Under the pieces are notes generated by a model. It searched no databases, was not told where the DNA came from, and saw nothing but the letters and a program-made list of their open reading frames with translations. Positions 1-9,795 of a stretch of DNA of 64,000 nt are shown piece after piece. The stretch is from Armatimonadota bacterium (GTDB taxonomy: Bacteria; Armatimonadota; SYMT01). How positions within the stretch are numbered: the stretch's first letter is position 1; each line of letters starts with the position of its first letter. The position numbers and the translations under genes are program-made. The stretch covers positions 1 to 64,000 of the forward strand of contig JAWLHY010000004.1 in NCBI GenBank assembly GCA_041690135.1, read 5' to 3'.

Positions 1-260
1 GGCCACCGAGGGCACGTCATTGGCCCGGTAGCTTGCGTGGTGACTGCGATGCCACCTACGGAAAACTGACCTCCACTTGCCGGATGCACCACTAAGGGGT
101 GCGTGGGAGAAACTAGGCAGTTTGAGAACCCATAACGGGTGCGGTTGCCCGCCACGGAATGGAATTCCCCAACACCCACTCCGTGGGCACCCGGCACATG
201 TGCCCGCCTTACCGCAATAGCTGTACCCTCACGGTTGCCGTGAGGCGGCAATCGCCCGAT

Positions 261-1001
261 TCAAGCGGGTTTCTCCGCCGCAAGCAGCAAAAACATGGGC
301 CGGCGGCATTCATCCCGGAGTTCAGGTCGCTCAACGAGCATCTCCCGCGACGGCTCCGGCTCCAGGACCCGCACGATCCGGAAACCGGCGTCCAGCAGCG
401 AATTCACGTAGGTAGCCAGGGTACGATGGTACTTGACCACGTCTTCCGCCAGCCAATGTGTGTGCCGGATGCCCTCATTCTGGTAGTCATCTACGGGCCA
501 GTGCAGGGGCTCACCGTTGGGTCCCCGACACCAGTCCTGCGCGGCCACCGCGGTAAAGATCGGGTGCTCCACAGAGAATACGAAGCAGCCACCCGGAGCA
601 AGGAAGTGATGGACGCTGCGGCACACCCGGTCGAGGCGCTCCACGTAGTGCAAGGCTAGCGAGCTGAGCACCACGTCAAAGTCGCCGGCTGGGAACTCGA
701 CATCTTCAATCGCTGCCAGCCGGTAATCGATTCCGGGATCCCGGGTGATTTCCCGGGCACGCTCGAGCATTCTCTCGGATAGATCGACCCCCACCACACG
801 TCCGGCATGTTGCTCGCGCGCATAGCGACAATGCCACCCGAAGCCGCAGCCGAGGTCGAGCACGCGCCGGTCGCGGAGGTCCGGGAGCAGCGACCGAAAC
901 GCGTGCCACTCCCCAGCCGCATCGAGCCCGCCCACGGAACGCGGCATCCTGCTGTAGCTGGAAAAGAACTCGGGATCATCGTATTTGTTCTGCTTCATCA
1001 T
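261..1001 (-). CDS. Class I SAM-dependent methyltransferase
   Basis: VLDLGCGFG motif I, FDVVLSSLALHY, GGCFVFSVEHP; start trimmed to MMKQNKYD. Confidence 0.85.
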   Translation of the reverse strand: MMKQNKYDDPEFFSSYSRMPRSVGGLDAAGEWHAFRSLLPDLRDRRVLDLGCGFGWHCRYAREQHAGRVVGVDLSERMLERAREITRDPGIDYRLAAIEDVEFPAGDFDVVLSSLALHYVERLDRVCRSVHHFLAPGGCFVFSVEHPIFTAVAAQDWCRGPNGEPLHWPVDDYQNEGIRHTHWLAEDVVKYHRTLATYVNSLLDAGFRIVRVLEPEPSREMLVERPELRDECRRPMFLLLAAEKPA

Positions 1002-1135
1002 TTCACCTACCGTCCAAACGGCGGCGGGACTTCTACCGAAGGCCGCTTGGCGGTTTTGACCGCGCAAGGAATGATAGCCTCACGTGCATGCGCTCGGCGG
1101 GAGGCGGTGCTATACTCTGGGTGTAGGCTGGAAGA

Positions 1136-2455
1136 GTGTGTCTTGCGGAAGGAACGGCGATGGTCGGCCGTAGTGTGTCCCCCCTCCTCGGCATCGTAGT
1201 GCTGGCTTCGTGCCTGGCGGCGCCCGCAGCCGCGCACCAGCCGATGCCGCGCTCCGCCCCCAAACGGGCCGAGAGCAAACCCCCGCTCCCTGTCGGGGTG
1301 CCGACCACACCGGACAACGTCCACCTCCCCACCGAGGGGGAAGTCAAGTTGGGACGGGAGACGGTGGTCGAGGTCGAGAAGCACTACAAGGTCATCGACT
1401 CGGGCCCCTACCACGACCGGCTGCAGCGCATCTCCCGCGAAATCGTGACAGCCATCCAGCGCGACGACATCATCCAGGAGTACAAGCGGGTGTACAACCT
1501 GCCGAAGCGCGGCGACAAGGCCCGGCGGGTACCGTTCGAATACTCCTTCAAAGTGGTGGACGAGACCAAAGAGGTCAACGCTTTCTCCCTCGCGGGCGGT
1601 CCCATTTACGTGACCAAGGGCCTGATGGATGAGGCGGTTACCGATGATGAACTGGCGGCGGTGCTGGCCCACGAGTGCGCTCACGTAGCGTTCCATCACG
1701 TGGAGCAGCTCATCAAGCGCCAGAAAAAGGCGAACGCCAAGCAGATCTGGGGGCTCCTGGCAGCGGTGTTAGCCGGCGTTGCGGGAGGGGGCCCGGCGGC
1801 CCAGGCAGCCGGTAACATCCTGGCGGGCGCACAACTGGTGTCTATCGCCACGATGACCGGCTACGGCCGGGAACTGGAACACGAGGCGGACCGGATGGGA
1901 GTCCGCGCCCTGGCAGGCACCCGCTACCACCCCGCCGCGATGCTCACGTTCATGCAGAAGCTAGCGTACGACGACCGGCTGCGCGGCAACCGGAACCTGG
2001 GCATTTTCCAGAGCCACCCCTACCCCAACGAACGGATCGTCGCCATCCGCAAGCAGGTGGAGGAACTGGGTTACCGGGCGGATGCCGGCATCCAGCGGAA
2101 GCTGAACGGATCGTTCCTGGTGACTGTGGTTCCCCAGAAGATCAACGGCCGGGACGTGGCGGAGATCCGGCTGAACGACCGCGTGATGTTCATCGTGGGC
2201 GATCCGGATGACGCCGGCACCCCGCTGGCCCGTGCCCGCCGTATCGCGGAAGAGATGGAGCAGCTCTTCCAGTCCAACTTCACCTTCAACGATGTCCACC
2301 AGAGCGAGGACCGCCAGATCCTCTTCCTCAAGGGGATTCCGGTGATCCGCGTCTTCTCCCTCGACGCGGCCACCGGCGAGATCAGCCAGAACACGGACCG
2401 GGCGCTCAAGGAGATTAACGGGGCGCTCTGGAGTGAGAAGCTGAAGCAGAACTAA
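1136..2455 (+). CDS. M48-family zinc metallopeptidase, secreted
   Basis: Signal-like N-terminus, NAFSLAGG, HECAH (HExxH), ELEHEAD, SHP motif; true start may be 1160. Confidence 0.85.
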   Translation: MCLAEGTAMVGRSVSPLLGIVVLASCLAAPAAAHQPMPRSAPKRAESKPPLPVGVPTTPDNVHLPTEGEVKLGRETVVEVEKHYKVIDSGPYHDRLQRISREIVTAIQRDDIIQEYKRVYNLPKRGDKARRVPFEYSFKVVDETKEVNAFSLAGGPIYVTKGLMDEAVTDDELAAVLAHECAHVAFHHVEQLIKRQKKANAKQIWGLLAAVLAGVAGGGPAAQAAGNILAGAQLVSIATMTGYGRELEHEADRMGVRALAGTRYHPAAMLTFMQKLAYDDRLRGNRNLGIFQSHPYPNERIVAIRKQVEELGYRADAGIQRKLNGSFLVTVVPQKINGRDVAEIRLNDRVMFIVGDPDDAGTPLARARRIAEEMEQLFQSNFTFNDVHQSEDRQILFLKGIPVIRVFSLDAATGEISQNTDRALKEINGALWSEKLKQN

Positions 2456-2458
2456 TCG

Positions 2459-3466
2459 TTAGCCGCGCTTCACTTGCATGCCTGTCCGGCTGATGCGGTA
2501 GGGGATGACCTGGGCGCCGTGGGCGGTGAGGGCGGCCTTGACTTGCTCCTGGGTGCCGTCTTCCACGAAGGTGATCATGCAGCCGCCGCCGCCGGCGCCG
2601 CAGAGCTTGCTGGCGATGGCGCCCGCCTCTCGGCCCGCCGCCATCATCGCGTCGATACCGGGCGTGCTCACCCCTTCCGCCAGGCTGCGGCGGTTCTGCC
2701 ATTCGCGGTCCAGCACGCGGGCAAAGCCGGCAAAGTCCGCCGCCTGCAGCACCTCCGCCATCTCATGCGCGGTCTCACCGATCACCCGCAAGGAGTCGCG
2801 GGTGTCGCCGGTGTTCTCGATGTAGTTCCGCATCATGTCCCAGTTCGTCGCCCCGGAGAAGTGAGACAGTCCGGTGAAGGAGAGGACCAGACGACGCTCC
2901 AGCGTGCTCAGGCATTCCTCGGAGACAACAAGCGGTCGCACCCGGTTCTCTCGGATGCCCCAGTGGATGGCGTTCACGCCGCCGTAGAACGCACCATAGT
3001 AATCCTGCTTGCCGGTGGGAATGCGGATATTCTGCGCCTCGATGTCGGCGCCGTAGCGAATGATCGTCTCGCCGTCCAATCCCGCCTGGTTCAACTCGTT
3101 CAGCGCGCCGCTCATGGCGATCAACAGCGAAGAGGAAGCACCGAGGCCGCTCCCCTTCGGCGCGCGGCTCTCGATGTCCACATCGACACCGGTCGCGGGC
3201 GGATAGAAGCGCAGCAGCCGTGCGAAGAGGTCCAGTGGTCCCCCCAACTCCAGCTCGTGGACGCTACCCGCCGCCTGGTAGAGGCCGGTATCCACGGACC
3301 GGATGTGCACCTCGCGATCCGCGCGGGGCGTCAACCGGACGCGGCCGAAGACATCGATCCCCATGTTAACGGTGATCCCGCCCTCTTCGAACAGGTAGAG
3401 GGGATAGATGTCCAGCGTGCCGCCGGCCAGGTCGATACGCGTCGGTGCGATGGCTTCTACGTACAT
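2459..3466 (-). CDS. GHMP-family sugar kinase (HddA-like)
   Basis: APTRIDLAGGTLD, PKGSGLGASS, GKQD, GAGGGG motifs. Confidence 0.85.
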   Translation of the reverse strand: MYVEAIAPTRIDLAGGTLDIYPLYLFEEGGITVNMGIDVFGRVRLTPRADREVHIRSVDTGLYQAAGSVHELELGGPLDLFARLLRFYPPATGVDVDIESRAPKGSGLGASSSLLIAMSGALNELNQAGLDGETIIRYGADIEAQNIRIPTGKQDYYGAFYGGVNAIHWGIRENRVRPLVVSEECLSTLERRLVLSFTGLSHFSGATNWDMMRNYIENTGDTRDSLRVIGETAHEMAEVLQAADFAGFARVLDREWQNRRSLAEGVSTPGIDAMMAAGREAGAIASKLCGAGGGGCMITFVEDGTQEQVKAALTAHGAQVIPYRISRTGMQVKRG

Positions 3467-3591
3467 TGAAGTCTCCAGAGTGGCGGTTATTTCCGCCCTA
3501 TCAATCTTCGGACAACCGGGGCGGGAAGGACAGTATCCGTGGGGGGTGTTGGACGATAAGGATAAGGAATTAGGATGGTGAGACGCAGGGA

Positions 3592-4887
3592 TCAGGGGGA
3601 GTATGAGGCGGCGCGTTCGCGGAGCCATTCTACCGCATCGGCGGGGGTGCGGAGAAGTCCGTCCGCCCGGGCTTCTTCCACCGCTTCCAGTGCCCGGCCG
3701 ATCTGCGGTCCCGGCTTGAGGTCGAGGATCTGCATGGCCTCGATCCCGGTGATCAGGGGCGGCTCCGGCCAGAAGTGGCGACGCAGCGCTTCATCCAGCA
3801 ATTCGGCGTATGCCGGGCTCCAGCCCGAGCGGCAGGCGGCAAGCAACACTGCTTCCGGGCCGGCCCCGCCCGCCTGGCGGAAGAAGCGATATCGCAGCCG
3901 ACCCGGAATGGGCCAGGCTTCCGCCAGTTCTCGAGCCCGAGCGGCGGCGGACAGACCTTTCGTGATCAACTGGCGCTCGTCGTTGCTCAGCGCCAGATAG
4001 CGAGACATCTTCCCAGGGTCTCCCCCGATCTCCGCGGCGGCCTGGAGGGCGCCGGCCCAAAGCAGGACTTCCCGACGGCGGCGGGGCGGCGTGACCTCCT
4101 GGTCAAGCAGGCGCACCAGGTCGAGGGGAGCGGCGGAGATCCGCTCCAGCAGCCATTTCACCCGCGCCGCGGGCGCCGGCATTCCGTTCTCACGCGGCCA
4201 CTCTCGATCCAGCCCCGTCAACCAGCGACCGAACCCGAAGTCGAGCGCTTCCGCGAGGGCCTCGGCGGCAACGGGCATGGCCAGCAACTGGAACAATTCG
4301 TCCCGGACGCGCTCCACGGAAACCCGCTTCAAGAGTGGGGTGCACTCGCGGATGCGGGCCACGGTCTCTTCCGGCAGCCGGCAGTCCAGCTTCCACCGGA
4401 AGCGGAGGGCCCGCAGCGTACGCAGCGGATCGCTTTCGGGAGCCGAGGGGCGGACGAACCGCACGGTGCGCTCCGCCAGGTCCCGCAGGCCGCCGGAGGG
4501 GTCGATGATTTCCGCACCGCGAACCAGACCGGCCCCGGCCGGGATCGCCATTGCGTTGAACGTCAGGTCCCGCGAGAAGAGGTCCTCTTTCAGGGTTCCG
4601 CGCAAGGGGTTCAGGTCGAGCTGGGCACGGACACCGCCCTCCATCGTGGCATCGGTCGCGGGAAAGACGACGCGGACCACCCCTTCCTCCTCGTGGAGCC
4701 AGAAGACGTGCCCCCCGAATGTTCGCGCGAGCTGCCGCCCCACGGCGTAGGTATCGCCTCCGAGCGCCAGATCGACGTCTTTGATGGGATGGCCGAGGAC
4801 CAGATCGCGGACACACCCACCCACAAAGTAGGCCTCGGGGCAGAGCTCAACGATGCGGCTGCCGATATCCTGGATGAATTCTTTCAC
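3592..4887 (-). CDS. tRNA nucleotidyltransferase / poly(A) polymerase family (probably CC-adding type)
   Basis: VGGCVRD..KDVD, EDLFSRDLTFNAMA, DPLRTLRALRF, SVERVRDEL, C-terminal PGPQIG. Confidence 0.85.
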   Translation of the reverse strand: MKEFIQDIGSRIVELCPEAYFVGGCVRDLVLGHPIKDVDLALGGDTYAVGRQLARTFGGHVFWLHEEEGVVRVVFPATDATMEGGVRAQLDLNPLRGTLKEDLFSRDLTFNAMAIPAGAGLVRGAEIIDPSGGLRDLAERTVRFVRPSAPESDPLRTLRALRFRWKLDCRLPEETVARIRECTPLLKRVSVERVRDELFQLLAMPVAAEALAEALDFGFGRWLTGLDREWPRENGMPAPAARVKWLLERISAAPLDLVRLLDQEVTPPRRRREVLLWAGALQAAAEIGGDPGKMSRYLALSNDERQLITKGLSAAARARELAEAWPIPGRLRYRFFRQAGGAGPEAVLLAACRSGWSPAYAELLDEALRRHFWPEPPLITGIEAMQILDLKPGPQIGRALEAVEEARADGLLRTPADAVEWLRERAASYSP

Positions 4888-5846
4888 AATAGACTCGAAC
4901 GGACCTGCTCCAGGGCGGGGCGCCCGCCCACAGCTTCGGCGGCGAGCAGCAGCGCACCTTCCAGCGGTGTAAAGCGTGGATTCACCACCCGCAAAGAACT
5001 TCCGCCTCGGCGCAGCGCCGCTTCGACCTGCAGCCCCGAAGCGGCTGTGAGGAACCCGCCCTGATAAGCCAGGGGAAGGCCAGAGATGGCGAGGCTGCGT
5101 TCGACGGCCCGGGCCATCTCGGCCAGATCTTCACCGGCCTGGGTTAGAATCCCGGCCGCCACCCCATCGCCCTCCTGGGCGGCGGCGACGACCTCTTCCG
5201 ACAGCCGGGCGATGGCCTCCCGACCCCACCTATGCCTATAGATACCCCGCAGCCAGCTTCGCATACCCTCCCGTGAGGTGTCCGCTGTTTCAGGGTGAGG
5301 CCAGCGAGCCATCACCCGTTCGGCCAGGCAGGTAGCCGGGCCGATGCCGTCTACCTGGTCGGCCAGGGCACGGAGGCAGGCAATCCCCACGGCATAGCCG
5401 CTGCCCTGGTCGTTGAACAACGGTCCCCACCCTCCCGCACGCGCCTCCCGGCCATCCGGAAGGCGGCCGTAGCAGATGCTGCCGGTCCCCCCGATGAGGA
5501 CCACTCCGGCCTCGCCGCCATGGGCGCCGGCCCACGCCCCTACCACATCGGTGGTCGCCAACCGCGCCTGCGCGCCGGGCCAGGCAGCGGTCATCCACGC
5601 TGCCACCGCCGCGCCATGGTCGGGTGGGTAGTAGCCGGCCATACAGATCGACAACCCGTCCGGACTCGCCTCCTCAGGTAGGGCGTCCCGCACGGCCTGT
5701 CCAATCCGCTCGCGACAGAGGTCGGGACCGTGGACCGTCCAGTTCGCGCCTTCGGCCGAACCAGTCCGTATCGTACCGGCTTCCTCACTCCAGGCGGCGG
5801 CACGGGTGTGCGTGCCGCCGGCATCGACGCCTACAATCCAGGGCAT
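4884..5846 (-). CDS. BadF/BadG/BcrA/BcrD ATPase, N-acetylglucosamine kinase-like
   Basis: GVDAGGTHT, IGGTGSICYG, RAGGWGPLFNDQGSG; start trimmed to MPWIVG. Confidence 0.85.
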   Translation of the reverse strand: MPWIVGVDAGGTHTRAAAWSEEAGTIRTGSAEGANWTVHGPDLCRERIGQAVRDALPEEASPDGLSICMAGYYPPDHGAAVAAWMTAAWPGAQARLATTDVVGAWAGAHGGEAGVVLIGGTGSICYGRLPDGREARAGGWGPLFNDQGSGYAVGIACLRALADQVDGIGPATCLAERVMARWPHPETADTSREGMRSWLRGIYRHRWGREAIARLSEEVVAAAQEGDGVAAGILTQAGEDLAEMARAVERSLAISGLPLAYQGGFLTAASGLQVEAALRRGGSSLRVVNPRFTPLEGALLLAAEAVGGRPALEQVRSSLL

Positions 5847-5857
5847 AGTTGGAATAA

Positions 5858-7042
5858 CTAAGGATAGAGGGTTATTTTGTCCAGGCGGCGGCGGTAGGTT
5901 TCGTAGCCGTCGGTCCAGCCGGCCATGATCTTCTTCCAACTGGCGCCGGCATCGATTGCCCGGCGCACGGCGGAAGTACCGGCAAGCCGGTCCACCGAGT
6001 AGCGGCCCCGGCTTTCCCGCCAGGCAAACTGCGGATACTCGGAGCGGAGGGCGCTCAGGACGGCCACCCCGGTTGCCACCGGCAAGAAGGCGGCCCGGTC
6101 CGTGACGTGGACGTGGCAGCCGCCGCAGGGCTCGCCCTGGTGCTTGGACAGCGAAGGACGGAAGCGCACCGGGCGGAAACGGACGCCGGGCAACTTCTCC
6201 GCATTCAGCCGTTCCGCCAGCTCCTCCGGCCGGACCCACGGCGCGCCGAACCAGAGAAACGGGCAGGCCGTGCCGCGCGCCTCGGAGACGTTCGTTCCCT
6301 CGATGAGACACAGGCCCGGATAGACCAGGGCAGTCTCCGTGGTCGGCATGTTCGGCGAAGGCGGCACCCAGGAAAGCCCCGTCTCCGACCAGAGCATCCG
6401 CCGGTCGAGCCCTTCGCAGCGGACCACGAGCGGGTCCGGCCCCGCCCCGAAACCGGACCAGAGACGTCCGAGCTCACCCAGCGTTGCGCCATGCCGGATC
6501 GGGATCGGGTGCATGCCGATGAGCGAGGCGTGAACCGGCTCCAGAAGCGGTCCCTCGACCGCGAGTCCACCCAGCGGATTGGGGCGGTCGAGCACGATTA
6601 CCGGTACCCGGGAGGCCGCGCACCCAGCCATGACGTGGGACAGGCTCCCGGAGAAGGTGTAGAAGCGAGAGCCGACGTCCTGAAAGTCGTAAAGGACCGC
6701 GTCAAGACCAGCCAGCATCTCCGGCGTCGGCCGGTACTGCTCGCCATAGAGGCTCCAAACCGGCAGCCCCGTCCGCTCGTCTTTGCCGTGACCGATCCGG
6801 ACTCCATCCGCGATATCGCCACGGACCCCGTGTTCGACTCCGAACAGCGAGACGACGCGAGCCCCCGCCGCCAACAGCGCATCCGGGGCCGCTTTCAGGT
6901 CGCTCGTCGCCGCGCTGGGGTTCGTGACCAGGCCGAGGCGACCCTTGCGGATCAGGTCCGCCGCCGTACGCTGGGCTGGCGGGACCGCTTCGCCCCGCAG
7001 CCATCCCAACGCGACATCGAGGCCGGTTCGCACGTGATTCAT
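5858..7042 (-). CDS. namZ: Exo-beta-N-acetylmuramidase NamZ (DUF1343) family
   Basis: LFGVEHGVRG, DFQDVGSRFYTF, LDRPNPLGG, WVPPSPNMPT, EGTNVSEARGT. Confidence 0.85.
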   Translation of the reverse strand: MNHVRTGLDVALGWLRGEAVPPAQRTAADLIRKGRLGLVTNPSAATSDLKAAPDALLAAGARVVSLFGVEHGVRGDIADGVRIGHGKDERTGLPVWSLYGEQYRPTPEMLAGLDAVLYDFQDVGSRFYTFSGSLSHVMAGCAASRVPVIVLDRPNPLGGLAVEGPLLEPVHASLIGMHPIPIRHGATLGELGRLWSGFGAGPDPLVVRCEGLDRRMLWSETGLSWVPPSPNMPTTETALVYPGLCLIEGTNVSEARGTACPFLWFGAPWVRPEELAERLNAEKLPGVRFRPVRFRPSLSKHQGEPCGGCHVHVTDRAAFLPVATGVAVLSALRSEYPQFAWRESRGRYSVDRLAGTSAVRRAIDAGASWKKIMAGWTDGYETYRRRLDKITLYP

Positions 7043-7995
7043 GGATTGAGCGCTTTCAGTCGTTGGACCGCCGCTGTGGCCGTCGCTCGAGCCTTATCCG
7101 CCGCCAGACTGGCTCGTGCGGCTCGGCCCGCGGCAAGATGCATCCGGGCGTCCCCGAGGGATGATTGTGCGACACTTGCCTCGGCCCGGATCTCCGGTGG
7201 GGTGGAAGCATTCATCAACGTCGTGAGGGAAGCATAGGCCGCCACGGCTTGCTGGATGCGGTCACGCGCCTGCATCCCAGGCCCAATGTCCCGGGCCAGC
7301 CGCTGCACCGCCCAGAAGAAGGTATCCCGGAACTCCGGCCGGTCGTTCTGCGGGCGGAGCAGGTTCGCCGCGACGTAGAGCACGTTTCCGCGGAGGAACA
7401 CGGCACCCGGCCGGCTGCCGTTCTCGCCGGTCCAGCGCCCGATCACCACGGTGCCGGGAAGCGCTTCCAACTGTACCGCCGGAGTGGCCGGGAGGTTCAC
7501 CTCGCGACCCGCGGCAGGCAGGAGTGCCGGACCGGTGCTGAAGATCGTGAGCGGCTGCGGCGGGGCGGCCATCCACCCGATCGGCTTCACCCCCAGCGTG
7601 GGAACGAGATGATAAGTGGGAGACTGCTTCATCTCCGCGGAGGTAAGCGTGCCCCAGTACACGGCCAGGAGTTTACCGCCTTTTCCGACATAGTCCTGGA
7701 CGTTCTTGGCCGCCCCCGGTCCCCCCACCGATTCCAACGGGAGGATGAGGAGCTTCGTTTTTGTGATCGGCGCCGCACCCAGCCCCTGGGCCGTCCGGCG
7801 ACCGAAGGAGATCCCGTCCTGGGTGAACCACTTCTCCACCAGCGGGCTGTTGACCACGGTGACGGCGGAGCTCTCCGCACCCCCGGGGGATTGGGCCGGG
7901 ACGGGCGTACCTCCGGCGAGACAAACTACCCCGGAGAGAAGGAGTGCGAAAGCAGCGGTACGATACGGAAACGGCGATTTGTTCACGATCTTCAC
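7039..7995 (-). CDS. Secreted hypothetical protein (possible class I GATase-like fold)
   Basis: Signal peptide, YVGKGGKL motif, translationally coupled to both neighbours. Confidence 0.6.
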   Translation of the reverse strand: MKIVNKSPFPYRTAAFALLLSGVVCLAGGTPVPAQSPGGAESSAVTVVNSPLVEKWFTQDGISFGRRTAQGLGAAPITKTKLLILPLESVGGPGAAKNVQDYVGKGGKLLAVYWGTLTSAEMKQSPTYHLVPTLGVKPIGWMAAPPQPLTIFSTGPALLPAAGREVNLPATPAVQLEALPGTVVIGRWTGENGSRPGAVFLRGNVLYVAANLLRPQNDRPEFRDTFFWAVQRLARDIGPGMQARDRIQQAVAAYASLTTLMNASTPPEIRAEASVAQSSLGDARMHLAAGRAARASLAADKARATATAAVQRLKALNP

Positions 7996-8915
7996 CCGGC
8001 GATCCGCGCCCAGTGCCCGGGAGCGACCTCGCGCAGTTCCGGGTCGGCCTGCCCCGGCTCCGCCTGCTCCTCGTCGCCGGCGGACGTGGAGCGGTCCCGG
8101 CGGCGATGCGGATCGGGCTGTGGAATAGCGGCGATCAGCCGCTGAGTGTAGGGGTGCAGCGGGTTCTGAAACAGGGTTTCCGTCTCCGCCAGCTCCACGA
8201 TCTTTCCGCGGCGCATCACCGCCACCCGGCGGCAGACGTGACGCACCAGCGTGAGGTCGTGCGCGATGAACAGATAAGCGAGACCGAACTGCTTCTGCAG
8301 GTCGGCCATCAGATTGATGACCTGCGCGCGAATCGAAAGGTCAAGCGCCGATACCGGCTCGTCGGCTACCACCAGGCGCGGCGAAAGGGCGAGCGCGCGG
8401 GCAATTCCCACCCGCTGCCGCTGGCCACCACTGAACTCATGGGGGTACTTCTGGAGCGCCGACTCCGGCAGGCCGACCAGGTCGATCAGTTCCCGAACCC
8501 GTTTCTCTCGCTCCGCGCGGGTGCCGATCCGATGGATCTCGAGCGGCTCCAGCAGGGTCGTCCGGATGGTCATCCGGGGATCGAGCGAGGAGTACGGGTC
8601 CTGGAAGATGATCTGCAGCTCCCGCCGCACGGTTCGTAGCCGGTCGGACTTCATCGCCAGCAGATCTTCGCCCTGGAAACGAATCCGGCCCGCGGTCGGC
8701 GGGATCAGCCGGAGGATGCAGCGCGCGGCCGTCGACTTGCCGCAGCCGCTCTCGCCCACCAGCCCAAAGGTCTCCCCGGCATGCACCTGGAAGGTGACGT
8801 CGTCCACTGCCCGCACGACGTGCTCGCGCGAAGCCCGCCAGCCCGAGCGGCTAACGTAATGCTTCTGCAGGTTCTGAACGTCCAGGAGCGGACTGCCGTT
8901 GGGGATCGCACTCAT
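7992..8915 (-). CDS. Oligopeptide/dipeptide ABC transporter ATP-binding subunit (OppF/DppF-like)
   Basis: GESGCGKS, FSGGQRQR, ADEPVSALD, HPYT. Confidence 0.9.
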   Translation of the reverse strand: MSAIPNGSPLLDVQNLQKHYVSRSGWRASREHVVRAVDDVTFQVHAGETFGLVGESGCGKSTAARCILRLIPPTAGRIRFQGEDLLAMKSDRLRTVRRELQIIFQDPYSSLDPRMTIRTTLLEPLEIHRIGTRAEREKRVRELIDLVGLPESALQKYPHEFSGGQRQRVGIARALALSPRLVVADEPVSALDLSIRAQVINLMADLQKQFGLAYLFIAHDLTLVRHVCRRVAVMRRGKIVELAETETLFQNPLHPYTQRLIAAIPQPDPHRRRDRSTSAGDEEQAEPGQADPELREVAPGHWARIAG

Positions 8916-9790
8916 GAGCTGCTCGGGGAATCGGTGGGTGGGACCAACTCGTCTCGCGCTTGTTTTCCGGCCGAGAAGGCGGTGAGCAATGCTTCCGGAT
9001 CGCCGGCTTCGAGCGCGGACCGGAAACCGCCCAATGCCCCTTCAAAATCTGCCAGCGCAGCCAGGATAGCCTCGCGGTTCGTCAGGCAAATGTCTCGCCA
9101 CATCTCCGGAGGGCTCGACGCGATGCGCGTGGTGCTCTTGAAGCCACCGGCCACCAGCAGGCGGAGCAGATCGCTCGACAGGCCTTCCACGGGCGTGGCC
9201 GCAGCCAGGGCCGCAGCCGCTACGTGAGGCAAGTGACTGATCCGTGCGACCGCGGCGTCGTGCAGGTCGGGGTCCATCTCCACCGCCCGAGCACCCAGCC
9301 GCTCGACCAGGACCCGCAAGCGCTCCACGTTTTCCGGCCGGGTGCGCTCCGCCCGCGTCAGCACCCAGATCGCCCGCTCGAAAAGGTCCGCCCGCCCTGC
9401 CAGCACTCCACCCCGCTCCGAACCGGCCATCGGGTGCCCGCCGACCAGATCCGCATGGGACGGGAGGAGGGGGCGCAGGCGCTGCATCAAGGCGCTTTTC
9501 GTGCTGCCCACGTCCGTCACCACCGCTCCGGACCGGAGATATGGCGCCATTGCCTCCACCAGGGGGGGAATGGTCAACACCGGGGGCGCCAGCACCACCA
9601 GTTCCGCTTCCGCCACCTGCGCCAGATCGAGGGTCCCCTCATCGATGGCCCCCACCGAAAGGGCTTCGGCAATCGTCTCAGCCCGCCGGGGAATCCCCAG
9701 TACGCGGCGGGCCAGGCCGCGCTCCCGGAGCGCCATGCCCAGAGATCCGCCGATCAGGCCGACTCCGACGATGGCGACGGTGTCGAACAT
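8912..9790 (-). CDS. tyrA: Prephenate/arogenate dehydrogenase
   Basis: GVGLIGGS, DVGSTK, GGHPMAGSE, SHLPH, RIASSPPEMW. Confidence 0.9.
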   Translation of the reverse strand: MFDTVAIVGVGLIGGSLGMALRERGLARRVLGIPRRAETIAEALSVGAIDEGTLDLAQVAEAELVVLAPPVLTIPPLVEAMAPYLRSGAVVTDVGSTKSALMQRLRPLLPSHADLVGGHPMAGSERGGVLAGRADLFERAIWVLTRAERTRPENVERLRVLVERLGARAVEMDPDLHDAAVARISHLPHVAAAALAAATPVEGLSSDLLRLLVAGGFKSTTRIASSPPEMWRDICLTNREAILAALADFEGALGGFRSALEAGDPEALLTAFSAGKQARDELVPPTDSPSSS

Positions 9791-9795
9791 GCGGT

